64,000 bases of DNA, from the NCBI GenBank assembly GCA_016209225.1, contig JACQWO010000009.1, forward strand, positions 7,444 through 71,443. Reading direction: 5' to 3'. Below are positions 47,233 through 56,173 of this stretch, piece after piece. Numbering within the stretch: position 1 is the stretch's first letter; each line of letters opens with the position of its first letter. Both the position numbers and the translations under genes were made by a program. The stretch is from Desulfobacterales bacterium (GTDB lineage Bacteria; Desulfobacterota; UBA8473). The notes under the pieces were generated by a model, which worked only from the letters and a program-made list of their open reading frames with translations, ran no database searches and was not told the origin of the DNA.

Positions 47233-50200
47233 ATGCAGCCATATTCGGGGATTCTTATTACTGGCGTCGGTTGTGTCGGTAAAAGTTCTCTTAGACGCCG
47301 GGTGGCTGAAGCCTTTGGCAACCGAGTAGTATGCGTTGACCGGGATGACGCACTTCCTGAGCCGGAGGTGGCTCCAGGTCAAGTTCTGGTTGTTGAGTCT
47401 GTTCATGGACTTGAAGAACCCCCAGACCGATGGGGACTAGTGATTTATCTTCTTCCCCGACCGGGACTTGCACTTCGCTGGCTTTGGCGTGGGCTTATTT
47501 GGTTCAGGACCGGCAAGGTAGATCGTCCGCCACGAGCGTTACGAAAGGCTTTGTCATTACGTAATATTCCTATTATTGTTCATCTGGTAGCAAGAAATCT
47601 CTGGAATTCAAAGCGCTGGGTCGAGCAGGATTTAAAACGCATTACTGAACTTTCCTATAAAAACATCTTGGTGACAAATGACTCAGAAAAAGCGTTCAGT
47701 GAAATACGAGAATTGATCGAGAGGATGAACATGGTTACGGAAAATAATGAGGATAAACTTAAGAAATGGATCAGAGACAGCATTGAATTGGATTTGGTAT
47801 ACGATGAGGAGAACTATAATAAAGTAAACGGATGGGATTTACCATCTGTTAAAGATGCTTATAAATCAATTGAGGATCATAAATCAGCAGATTTATTTAA
47901 TTCCCTTGATAATTCTAAATCTTCCGATTCTTATTATTTCTATTTTAAATGCCTAAAGAAGAGACGTATCTTCTATGATTTGGAGTATGATAAAGCAAGA
48001 AAAGCTTTTGCCGACCAGGATCCTAATTTTGAATATAAATCTGTATGTGAGGCAGATGAAGTACGAAAGGAAATCCTTGATGGCATCATGTGGCGCTGTG
48101 CTGCCGCTATTTCCGATCTTCTAACTCAAAAAAAATCTCTAAAAAAAAATGAAGTACCCACATTCGAAGAGACATATCAAATTAAGGAGTTTGCCACTTT
48201 AATAGCCCTATTCCATTCGGAACTCTGTGCCAGCGCCACTCCAGATGTATCCTTGGGGCAAGCAAATACTTTTCATCTTACCGTTCCAGAAGAAGCCATC
48301 GGTTACGAAGTATTTAAATGGCTCGCCCGTCATAATCTTGCGCGTGGGTATACCCATATACATTTGAATCTTGAAGCTCTGAAATACATAGACACTTTGG
48401 TCGATGATTTTCCTAACAAAATCAGCGGCTTCGCAAAATCTATTAATTGTGATGAAAATCTCCTTTATCAGTGGCTTTTTTTCCCAACATCACGTACACT
48501 CGCTCAATCCCTTCTTGATCTGGGACGGCATTCAGAACAGAGATATTATTTAAAGAAAGCACTTGATGTGGCCAAATCAAAAAATATTGATCATTGGAAG
48601 AATAGACTACAGCTAGACTTAGACCTTGAGTGGAGAGATTCCGAAATATCTCTCAATTCTGACGAAATCTCTAAACGATTGGATAATTGGAAAAATTTGC
48701 CTGCTAGGCTCGAAGAAGCCTGCCAAACTGTTAAATCTTCATGCCCAGAATTGTTCTTAAATAAAACGGATGATGAAAAAAAATGGAATGAATGGAAAGA
48801 AAGTGAAGAATGGATTATTAGGTGGCACTCGGCAGATTTAACCGGATTTGGTCGTCATCTTAAAACGATAGCTAAAACAATTTCCGAGATGCTTAAAAAT
48901 AGGCCTGGGAAAAAATTATCTATTAAAGCCCTTCAGAGCATGATAAAGATGTTGGTTGAAGTCTACAGTGGTATCAAACGATTTGGTCAGAATGGTAAAA
49001 AACCTTATCCTTATGTTTATTACTTAATCCCTGATAACGATGGAGATAATTTTTCAGAAAAAGATCGGGTTTCAATTTGGGAGCAAGGTAGCGCGTTATT
49101 CAGTGCTATTAGAGATATACTAGATGATGAAGATATATCAGAGAGAGAAGAAATAGAAAAGAGGAAGGGAATAGTATCCGAACTAAGTAGCTTAAAATGG
49201 AAAGAGCACCTGAAAAAACTTTTAAACAAGAAAGATATAGATTTTGATAAATATCGCTCCCAAGCGATAAAGGCTGATGTATTTCGGGAAGACCAATGGC
49301 CCCAACAATATAAATGCCCACGAGATAAAGTTAAAGTTACTTGTAAGTCAACTTGCCCAGCTAATACATTTTCAGGAGATGTGTCTCCTATAATGAAAGA
49401 TACTCATTTGGCCCAATTAGGCCATTACAAATCAATTATGGCCGGTCAGCAGGAACGTTTTCTTAATTATCTGAAATATCGAACAGGACAGAAAAGGTGC
49501 TATAGACAGGGTGAAGCATACCTTCAGACACCTAATTTTGAATTAATTTGCCTTAGGCGTTGGAATTCTTTTTCTCCTAATCTTGGCTCTCGTGCGGCAG
49601 CTACTGTAGGGGGCGGCTACCTTGTACGAGCATGGGATGAAGATAAAAAACGCTATATTGGTATTGTAATTGACCCCGGTTATAATTTCCTAGAGAATTT
49701 GTTTAATGAAGGCTTTACACTACCGGATATAGATGTTGTGGTGATTACTCACGCACATCCAGACCATATCGAGAACCTCACTAATATTCTTACACTCATT
49801 AGAGAACGTAAAAATCGAGTGAGAGAAAAAAACAATGAAGAAAATGGGGATCACTGTAGAATCTCACCTCAAGATCACCGCATTCTTTTAGCCATGACCG
49901 AGGGTGTATTCGAGAGGTTTAGCCGATATCTTGATGACGAGAAAGATTATATCAGAGACGTATTAGTTCTATCAGCCGCCAACGCCCCTAGAGGAAATAA
50001 AGCTGGGAAAAATGAATTAAAGCTCTTGCTTGATAGTAATAACGATGTAACCTGTCATATGAAACTTGAATGCAATAAAGAAAATAAAGGAAAAATCAGT
50101 TTACGTGCCGCCCGCGCTTGGCATTTTGATGGCACTGATCATGATAGTATGGGTGTTGTAATAGAGTATAACGTACCCTCAAAAGACCCATATAAATTGG

Positions 50201-50826
50201 GAATAATTGGAGATACCAGATATATTCGAGATGATCTTTGCGATGATTATAAAGACTGCGATGTAGTGGTCGCTCACCTCGGCAGCCTTATTGATAAGAA
50301 AATGTATATGGACATGTTAGGAAGTAATGATAAACATAATTCTGTAGACAATAATGAATTCAATGATAAACTCTTGAAATTAATTACTAAAAAGAATCAC
50401 CTCTATCTTCCCGGACTTGCTCTATTAATATGCAACCTTCAGATAAAATCGCGAAAGTTCCCATTATTTGTTCTCTCTGAGTTCGGTGAAGAGCTACGTG
50501 GTGGTTTACGGAGGGATTTAACTCTTCGACTTTCATCTATTCTGGCTCACCCTGATAAAACTGATAAAACAAGTCCCATACCTATCATCCCGGGTGATGT
50601 GGGCTTGCGTATTGACATTGAGAATAATAAAGTCTTTTGCTGCATTTGTAACCGTTATGAAGATCCAATAAATATCAAATTTGAAACCGTATTGCCGGAC
50701 GAAGAGTCAATGGCCTATGTATGTAATGACTGTTATGAATTGAGACGAGGGGAGTTGACAAAGCTGTTAGAACAGTGGTGCACAACTGCCAGACCTGTGT
50801 GCAAGCTTGAGAAAAAAGCCAAATAA
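47233..50826 (+). CDS. Large multidomain protein: N-terminal P-loop kinase-like domain, helical middle, C-terminal metallo-beta-lactamase fold with Cys-rich tail
   Basis: ITGVGCVGKS Walker A; LRRWNSFSP...GGGYLV...IDPGY...THAHPDH (HxHxDH); later AWH, GDT, AH ligands; CCIC...CNDC tail; possible internal start ATG 47731. Confidence 0.75.
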   Translation: MQPYSGILITGVGCVGKSSLRRRVAEAFGNRVVCVDRDDALPEPEVAPGQVLVVESVHGLEEPPDRWGLVIYLLPRPGLALRWLWRGLIWFRTGKVDRPPRALRKALSLRNIPIIVHLVARNLWNSKRWVEQDLKRITELSYKNILVTNDSEKAFSEIRELIERMNMVTENNEDKLKKWIRDSIELDLVYDEENYNKVNGWDLPSVKDAYKSIEDHKSADLFNSLDNSKSSDSYYFYFKCLKKRRIFYDLEYDKARKAFADQDPNFEYKSVCEADEVRKEILDGIMWRCAAAISDLLTQKKSLKKNEVPTFEETYQIKEFATLIALFHSELCASATPDVSLGQANTFHLTVPEEAIGYEVFKWLARHNLARGYTHIHLNLEALKYIDTLVDDFPNKISGFAKSINCDENLLYQWLFFPTSRTLAQSLLDLGRHSEQRYYLKKALDVAKSKNIDHWKNRLQLDLDLEWRDSEISLNSDEISKRLDNWKNLPARLEEACQTVKSSCPELFLNKTDDEKKWNEWKESEEWIIRWHSADLTGFGRHLKTIAKTISEMLKNRPGKKLSIKALQSMIKMLVEVYSGIKRFGQNGKKPYPYVYYLIPDNDGDNFSEKDRVSIWEQGSALFSAIRDILDDEDISEREEIEKRKGIVSELSSLKWKEHLKKLLNKKDIDFDKYRSQAIKADVFREDQWPQQYKCPRDKVKVTCKSTCPANTFSGDVSPIMKDTHLAQLGHYKSIMAGQQERFLNYLKYRTGQKRCYRQGEAYLQTPNFELICLRRWNSFSPNLGSRAAATVGGGYLVRAWDEDKKRYIGIVIDPGYNFLENLFNEGFTLPDIDVVVITHAHPDHIENLTNILTLIRERKNRVREKNNEENGDHCRISPQDHRILLAMTEGVFERFSRYLDDEKDYIRDVLVLSAANAPRGNKAGKNELKLLLDSNNDVTCHMKLECNKENKGKISLRAARAWHFDGTDHDSMGVVIEYNVPSKDPYKLGIIGDTRYIRDDLCDDYKDCDVVVAHLGSLIDKKMYMDMLGSNDKHNSVDNNEFNDKLLKLITKKNHLYLPGLALLICNLQIKSRKFPLFVLSEFGEELRGGLRRDLTLRLSSILAHPDKTDKTSPIPIIPGDVGLRIDIENNKVFCCICNRYEDPINIKFETVLPDEESMAYVCNDCYELRRGELTKLLEQWCTTARPVCKLEKKAK

Positions 50827-50844
50827 GGTAAGTCAGGCGTTGGT

Positions 50845-51948
50845 TTATAACTTCAGGACCAGTGGGTCCGCCGCCCCAGTTATTAGTCCGGCGGCTGAAC
50901 GACACCCCCCGGCACATTCGTAAAATATTTTGCATAGGTAGCCTGTTTCGTAATCTACGCATTTCTTCGGAAGGAAAGAAAAGGTACGTCGTTTAACAAG
51001 TAATGGATGCTCGTTCCACATTTTTATTGGTTCTACTTCCAAGAGGGAAAGCCCGACTGGCGGGCCTCCGGGACACAGCTTGAAGTGACCTTCCGGGTCA
51101 AAGGCAAGCTGGGATATGGCCATGTAACAGGGACGAATACTTGCAAGGAGCGCGTCAATAAATGCTGAACTCAGTCTATTGGAATTCGCTCGATCTAGTA
51201 TCCAGCAATGGGGCACAGCTTCAACTCGCATTTCCCAGTCTCCACTGGCCAACTGTCCGATCGCCTGCATCACATTCCACCAACCATCCTCGTCCAAGAA
51301 TACACTTTGGCCTCTTTCCGCACCTTCCCCGTATGGCAAAAGACGATTAACATCAATGAAGCGGACAACACCGCTATACCTAGTACTTAGCATAGCAGCT
51401 AATGCTTCAAGTCCATTTTTATCAAGTCTTGTAGGTGAGTATTGAACGAATACCCTCACACCTGCCTCAACCATAGTATCAAGACTATTTATGGCTCGAA
51501 GAAAAGAATTTGATGAACCCGTCAAGCGATCATGAATATCTGCCACAGAGCTATGTAATGAGACTCCAACTTCAATATTAATATCTGATAGGAGGTTAGC
51601 ACGCTTTTTATTGATATGGCCTCCATTAGTAACAATTCGTTGCTCAAGACCCAACTTCGCGCCAAGTTCTAAAATTGATTCGAAATCCGGATGAATTGTT
51701 GGTTCACCACCCAGGTATAATATTTCACGCACCCCCCAGGTCGCCAATGTCTGAATAATTTTTCTTGTAGTCTCCCCGGGAGGATTAGCGTGACTATGAT
51801 TTTCGACCGGATTATAACAAAAGGCGCACCTTTGATCGCAGCACCAGGTTAAATCAAACATAACATTATCTGGTGCATTGGGAATACGGTAGAGGCAACC
51901 GGGCCGCACATCATAAGTAAAAAGATGTCGGGATTTCATTACAACCAT
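50845..51948 (-). CDS. Radical SAM/SPASM protein (RiPP operon, distal)
   Basis: CDQRCAFC, GGEP, TNG; C-terminal CYM...GHFKLCPGG...C...C...CAGGC. Confidence 0.85.
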   Translation of the reverse strand: MVVMKSRHLFTYDVRPGCLYRIPNAPDNVMFDLTWCCDQRCAFCYNPVENHSHANPPGETTRKIIQTLATWGVREILYLGGEPTIHPDFESILELGAKLGLEQRIVTNGGHINKKRANLLSDINIEVGVSLHSSVADIHDRLTGSSNSFLRAINSLDTMVEAGVRVFVQYSPTRLDKNGLEALAAMLSTRYSGVVRFIDVNRLLPYGEGAERGQSVFLDEDGWWNVMQAIGQLASGDWEMRVEAVPHCWILDRANSNRLSSAFIDALLASIRPCYMAISQLAFDPEGHFKLCPGGPPVGLSLLEVEPIKMWNEHPLLVKRRTFSFLPKKCVDYETGYLCKIFYECAGGCRSAAGLITGAADPLVLKL

Positions 51949-52021
51949 TCCCCCACTGTGGCTGTAGTCATGGAAGGACGCCGGGATTGAGGTAATGAAA
52001 GTAAAATTCTGTTAAAGATGC

Positions 52022-53152
52022 TCATTCCCTTACCTTATTTGATCGCTTAGCTTCAAAATATAAAGATGCGGTAGCTTCAATATACTTATCAAAGTTTTCC
52101 ACAAGGCCACCGGGAGGCTCAACTTTATTCATTAAGGCCGCTTTATCCAGAGCATCGGCAACACTTGCGGGATCTTCCGGATCGACCACAAGAAGCAATG
52201 GAGAATCTCGGAGCAAATCGGTATCAGGATGGTTAACTGTGGATGGCGATACCAGACATGGACGCCCTACGGATAAAGTCTCCCAAACAATGTTACTGAA
52301 ATTAGATATACCGCCCTCGCGTTCTACCGCCCAAACAGCTGTTGCTTCGGAAAGCAAGGATGGCATTTGGTCAGGAGAGATAAAAGACCGACGAGTAATA
52401 CGCTGAGACAGCCCATGTTTTTTTATCTCGCTTTCAAAATCTTCTCTTCCTTTACCATCAGCTACCATTTTAAGACGCCAGTCTTGCCGCAATCTGAAGG
52501 ACTCTAATAAGGTGTCGAGGGCTTTTAGCTTCCAGTAATAATTTATCTTTCCAGCGAATAGCAGGCAAAAAGGAGAAGGGGAAATTCCAACAGGCGAAAA
52601 GGCCTGGGGATCTGGAGCGTATCTTGGAAGGAAGACGAGCGAATTGGCAGAGTTGGTTCTTTCAGGTAATTGTGAAACTGCATCGGGTGTCGAAACAATA
52701 AAGTCAGCTTTGATTATAAGTGACTCTAAAGCGCGCTGAGCTGGCTTCCAATTATAGAGCTTGGCCAAGTCACTTCCAGCGTGTCGAATGAGCAAAGGGA
52801 CACCAAGCATCCGAGAGATAGTGAATGCGGCGAATCCATAGGGGACTAGATAATTGGCTTCAATTAAGCCGGGCATTTGATCGTTTGCAAGGTCAAGAGC
52901 AGCGGAAACAAGCCGCTCTATCCAAAGCCCTCCGCCGGGTATGAACCAAGGAGGCTCCTCCTCGATTGTGATTTGACGAAGTCGAATCTTGTTCGGAAGT
53001 TTGCCAGTAGTCTCTGACCGATACAGTGTAGGAACGATAGTAACTATGTCGAAATAAATGTCGTGCGCGGCCAGTGCATGGCATAGCCAGAAGCTCCTCG
53101 AAGAAATCCCTCCCTGGCCTGGCGGGAACTTTCCTATGAGAAGGACCTTCAT
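52022..53152 (-). CDS. GT-B fold glycosyltransferase (GT4-like)
   Basis: LLIGKFPPGQGG start, HAGSDL, FAGKIN, FSNIVWETLSVGRP; ATGA overlap with asnB. Confidence 0.75.
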   Translation of the reverse strand: MKVLLIGKFPPGQGGISSRSFWLCHALAAHDIYFDIVTIVPTLYRSETTGKLPNKIRLRQITIEEEPPWFIPGGGLWIERLVSAALDLANDQMPGLIEANYLVPYGFAAFTISRMLGVPLLIRHAGSDLAKLYNWKPAQRALESLIIKADFIVSTPDAVSQLPERTNSANSLVFLPRYAPDPQAFSPVGISPSPFCLLFAGKINYYWKLKALDTLLESFRLRQDWRLKMVADGKGREDFESEIKKHGLSQRITRRSFISPDQMPSLLSEATAVWAVEREGGISNFSNIVWETLSVGRPCLVSPSTVNHPDTDLLRDSPLLLVVDPEDPASVADALDKAALMNKVEPPGGLVENFDKYIEATASLYFEAKRSNKVRE

Positions 53153-54855
53153 GAGGCAATTACCTGCTTGTTAACTTCAGCTGCAAAGTCATAAATGGAA
53201 AAGTCAGGTGGAGTAGAAAACCCTGGCTCGACATGCAGGTAGATGAAAAGTTCTGCAAGAAGGCTCTGCAAATAATCTGGTTTCTTCTTGCCGTTTTTAT
53301 CGTTGGGAAGTTTTTCCAAGAGCTGCGCTGCTGCCATTTCTACCGCTGAAGGCATCGCTCTTTTCCGACGTACTGCAACTCGTTCCATACCAGGTTCAGT
53401 AAACCGACGTCTGGCAATTGATCTTAAGGGCATCTTCGTCCAGTTATGGGTCCTGTCGATAAGTGAAGCTTCGTCAAGGCGAGCAACATAATCAACTAAT
53501 TCATTGTCAAGGTAGGGAGGGCGGATTTCAAGACCAAAGGCCATTCCTGAACGGTCCACGCTTGGGAGGTGATACTCAGAAAGGCCTTGATGGAGAGCGA
53601 GATCACGGATTGCATGGTTCCCTCCAGAATTTGGGTGTAGCAAATTGTGAACCTCTAGCCACTCTCTGAGAGCTGGGGTCGCATGGCTTTCAGCGCGTTC
53701 CTTCATAGTTTCAATAAAAAGATTTGGTTCCATATGGAGTCTATGATAACCAAGAAATAGCTCGTCAGCCCCTTCTCCGCAGAGAGCAACCCGGAAGTCA
53801 CTCCCTACGTTGCGCGCCAGAGCGTGGAATGCAACCCCACCCAAAAGGTCAAAAGTACCACCAGCAATTGGATGTTCAAAATGCCATGCATAGTGGACAA
53901 TTTCGCGGGCAAGGTCAGACTCATTGATTAATCGCTCTTGAAGAGGTACATCGAGAGTGGTAGCAATCTTCCTAGCCTCTACTAGATCGTCGGTGTCTTC
54001 TCTGTCACTCAAAATGAAAGCGGTGACTGGAATTTCTTTCCTTGCAATATCAAGTAGCAGCGAGGAGTCGAGTCCTCCTGAGAAAAAGAGGGCCTTTGGA
54101 TTCAGATCATGCAATACAGCTCGTTTTACTGATGTGGTTAAGAGATTCTCTACAACATCTCGAAGCTCTTCAGGATCTGGATGGCTACCTTGACCAGGTT
54201 GAGGAACTTTAGGAACCTGGGCAAAGAGCAATTCTTTTATAACTCCAAAAGATTGAACTTCGACAAAGTGGCCTGGTTGTACTGCACTGATGGCTCTAAA
54301 AGGAGTCTTCCCAACAAATATGTTATATCCCAGGACAGAAAAAGACGACATGACATCTTCGTCTAATTCCCGAGAGAAGCCGTGAAGCGATAGCAGTACT
54401 TTCATTTCAGAAGCGAAAACTAGACCTCCTCGATGGTTAGCATAATAAAGTGGCTTGATGCCGAATCGGTCCCTGGCCAGAATCAAACTGTTTCCGTCAA
54501 AAAAGCATAAAGAAAATAGTCCATTTAAGTCAGGTAAAAGTCTCGTACCACGTTCTTTAAGAAGCTGGCCCATAAATTCGGTATCTGTTTTAGGAAAAGC
54601 TGATTTAGGATTTTCATAATTTATGCCTAACCCATAAATTTCACCATTAAGCACTAACACCTGCTGATCGGATGGAGAGCATATCGGAGGCGAATCCAGA
54701 GGTGGCAGGATGGCAAGACGGCAACTTCCAAGTGCAAGAGTGTCTATTTGCTTCACTTGACGACAATCTGGTCCTCGGTACCCAAGCACGTTGAGTGCTA
54801 CTGATATCTCTTCACAAGAAATGTCTGTGTTGAAGGCTCCTACAAACCCACACAC
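53149..54855 (-). CDS. asnB: Asparagine synthetase B-like glutamine amidotransferase
   Basis: N-terminal MCG (Ntn Cys), RGPD, NGEIY, RDRFGIKPLYY, SGGLDS, GEGADELF, DRSGMAFGLEIRPPYLD. Confidence 0.9.
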   Translation of the reverse strand: MCGFVGAFNTDISCEEISVALNVLGYRGPDCRQVKQIDTLALGSCRLAILPPLDSPPICSPSDQQVLVLNGEIYGLGINYENPKSAFPKTDTEFMGQLLKERGTRLLPDLNGLFSLCFFDGNSLILARDRFGIKPLYYANHRGGLVFASEMKVLLSLHGFSRELDEDVMSSFSVLGYNIFVGKTPFRAISAVQPGHFVEVQSFGVIKELLFAQVPKVPQPGQGSHPDPEELRDVVENLLTTSVKRAVLHDLNPKALFFSGGLDSSLLLDIARKEIPVTAFILSDREDTDDLVEARKIATTLDVPLQERLINESDLAREIVHYAWHFEHPIAGGTFDLLGGVAFHALARNVGSDFRVALCGEGADELFLGYHRLHMEPNLFIETMKERAESHATPALREWLEVHNLLHPNSGGNHAIRDLALHQGLSEYHLPSVDRSGMAFGLEIRPPYLDNELVDYVARLDEASLIDRTHNWTKMPLRSIARRRFTEPGMERVAVRRKRAMPSAVEMAAAQLLEKLPNDKNGKKKPDYLQSLLAELFIYLHVEPGFSTPPDFSIYDFAAEVNKQVIAS

Positions 54856-54875
54856 GATTGTTTACCCCTTACTGT

Positions 54876-55733
54876 TTATCTGCTCAGTCGATGTAGCGCT
54901 GCACTCCAACCAAGATGGAGCCAAGCTGATCCTTCCTCTATAAAATGTGTAGCAAATAAGCCGTTATCTAGGCGGTTAGATTCACACCAATGGATGGCAC
55001 GTTTCAGAGCTTCATCGCTCTGTCTGCTATTGGACACGGAGGCAATCGCCCACATAGCGATACCGGTAGAGAAACAATCGGTAGGGGCAGGATGGTTACG
55101 CCAGGGCCCCCAGACACCGTCGTCTCTTTGGTCGGCGAGCAGATGATTCAGCGTTCGTTCAAATAGACTAGAATTTCCCTCCTGTTTATCTTGCGCGAGA
55201 AGAAACCATGCAGCCTTATAAGAAAGACACTGGAGGTTATTAACATCCTTCAACCACTGGTTATTTAGCCAAGTCGCTGAACGTTCATCACGAAGGGAAG
55301 GCACTAGAAGCCGAATGGTAGAAGTAATGGGAATGCAAGGTGTGTCCCGATGACAATATCCCCATCCGTCTCCAGAACGCTCTTCTGCTAACCATTTAAT
55401 GCTAAGTCCTGTATCGATAGAAGGATCCCCAAGGTATCGGAGGACTAAGATGCACCAAGCAGTATCTTCACAGTCAACCCACGCGCCATCAGTGTGACGT
55501 TTGCTGACTAAGTAGCTTAATACACTTTCCCGCCAGGTAACAGAGGTTCCTTCTATACCAGAGAGCAACAATAGCCCAGCTAGCCTTGCTACACGCCGAT
55601 GAGGCAACTTCCTTTGTATGAAATCGACAAGAATCCTCTGGAGAGTAGCCGAGGTTGGCTTGAGAGCATCGGGCCTAGGTTCAGTACTGATCCCATTCTC
55701 CTTTAGAATAATAAATTTCCTATCTACACCCAT
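54876..55733 (-). CDS. Prenyltransferase/squalene-cyclase repeat (alpha/alpha barrel) protein
   Basis: QW-like repeats RHTDGAW, RSGDGWG, QRDDGVWG, RLDNGLF; likely start ATG 55733 (ORF track 55760). Confidence 0.7.
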   Translation of the reverse strand: MGVDRKFIILKENGISTEPRPDALKPTSATLQRILVDFIQRKLPHRRVARLAGLLLLSGIEGTSVTWRESVLSYLVSKRHTDGAWVDCEDTAWCILVLRYLGDPSIDTGLSIKWLAEERSGDGWGYCHRDTPCIPITSTIRLLVPSLRDERSATWLNNQWLKDVNNLQCLSYKAAWFLLAQDKQEGNSSLFERTLNHLLADQRDDGVWGPWRNHPAPTDCFSTGIAMWAIASVSNSRQSDEALKRAIHWCESNRLDNGLFATHFIEEGSAWLHLGWSAALHRLSR

Positions 55734-55842
55734 GGCACCCAGAACATTGACGGCAGACATACTTCCAGCCTGCTCGTATTGGCCGAAGGATGAAATCTAA
55801 ACCTTTTTTACGTTTGAAAACCGGTTTTTCATATCGCTGCAT
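55720..55842 (-). CDS. Putative RiPP precursor peptide, 40 aa (not in ORF track)
   Basis: MQRYEKPVFKRKKGLDFILRPIRAGWKYVCRQCSGCHGCR*; GGGGGGTG SD-like motif upstream; YxxP leader motif; directly after PqqD-like gene. Confidence 0.8.
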   Translation of the reverse strand: MQRYEKPVFKRKKGLDFILRPIRAGWKYVCRQCSGCHGCR

Positions 55843-56173
55843 TTTTTTCACCCCCCTTTTTTTCGTTGATTATTTTCTTCTCATTGGAATCATGCAATAA
55901 TTCCAAACACCCTTCGCAAACAGCTTCCTTGATTAAGATTTCCAAATCGTTGCGGGCTTCGTTTGCTTCCTTAAAATTAGTCTGGATATCCAAGCAAATT
56001 TTATCAATGTCCCTTGAGCCGTCCATTCTTATGAACATTTCAAAAGCGACTTTATTGAGTTCGAAGCGTTCACCTGTCCCAGACTTATACATAAAGTATT
56101 GATCAGTACCCTCAGGGTGGACGAGCTTTACTCCTTTTACTAGGCGCGGGTATTTTCGGGTTCGATCCAACAT
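55829..56173 (-). CDS. PqqD-family RiPP recognition element (RRE)
   Basis: FELNKVAFEMFIRMDGSRDIDKIC...DLEILIKEAVCEGCL fits the PqqD pattern (LN..A..I...DG....I...L....EEG.L). Confidence 0.8.
   Translation of the reverse strand: MLDRTRKYPRLVKGVKLVHPEGTDQYFMYKSGTGERFELNKVAFEMFIRMDGSRDIDKICLDIQTNFKEANEARNDLEILIKEAVCEGCLELLHDSNEKKIINEKKGGEKNAAI

Noticed and set aside
51949-52021. Second precursor peptide between GT and distal rSAM
   Set aside because: Only a 10-codon ORF (MTTATVGEWL) that overlaps the rSAM RBS and start, with no leader or Cys.
55732-55746. CSGCH as a c-type heme attachment motif
   Set aside because: No signal peptide for export to cytochrome c maturation; the motif is part of a regular CxxCxxCxxC series.
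55720-55842. Lasso peptide interpretation (YxxP leader, RRE, AsnB-fold enzyme)
   Set aside because: No Asp/Glu in the core for ring closure, no transglutaminase-like leader peptidase in the operon, and AsnB keeps its glutaminase Cys.
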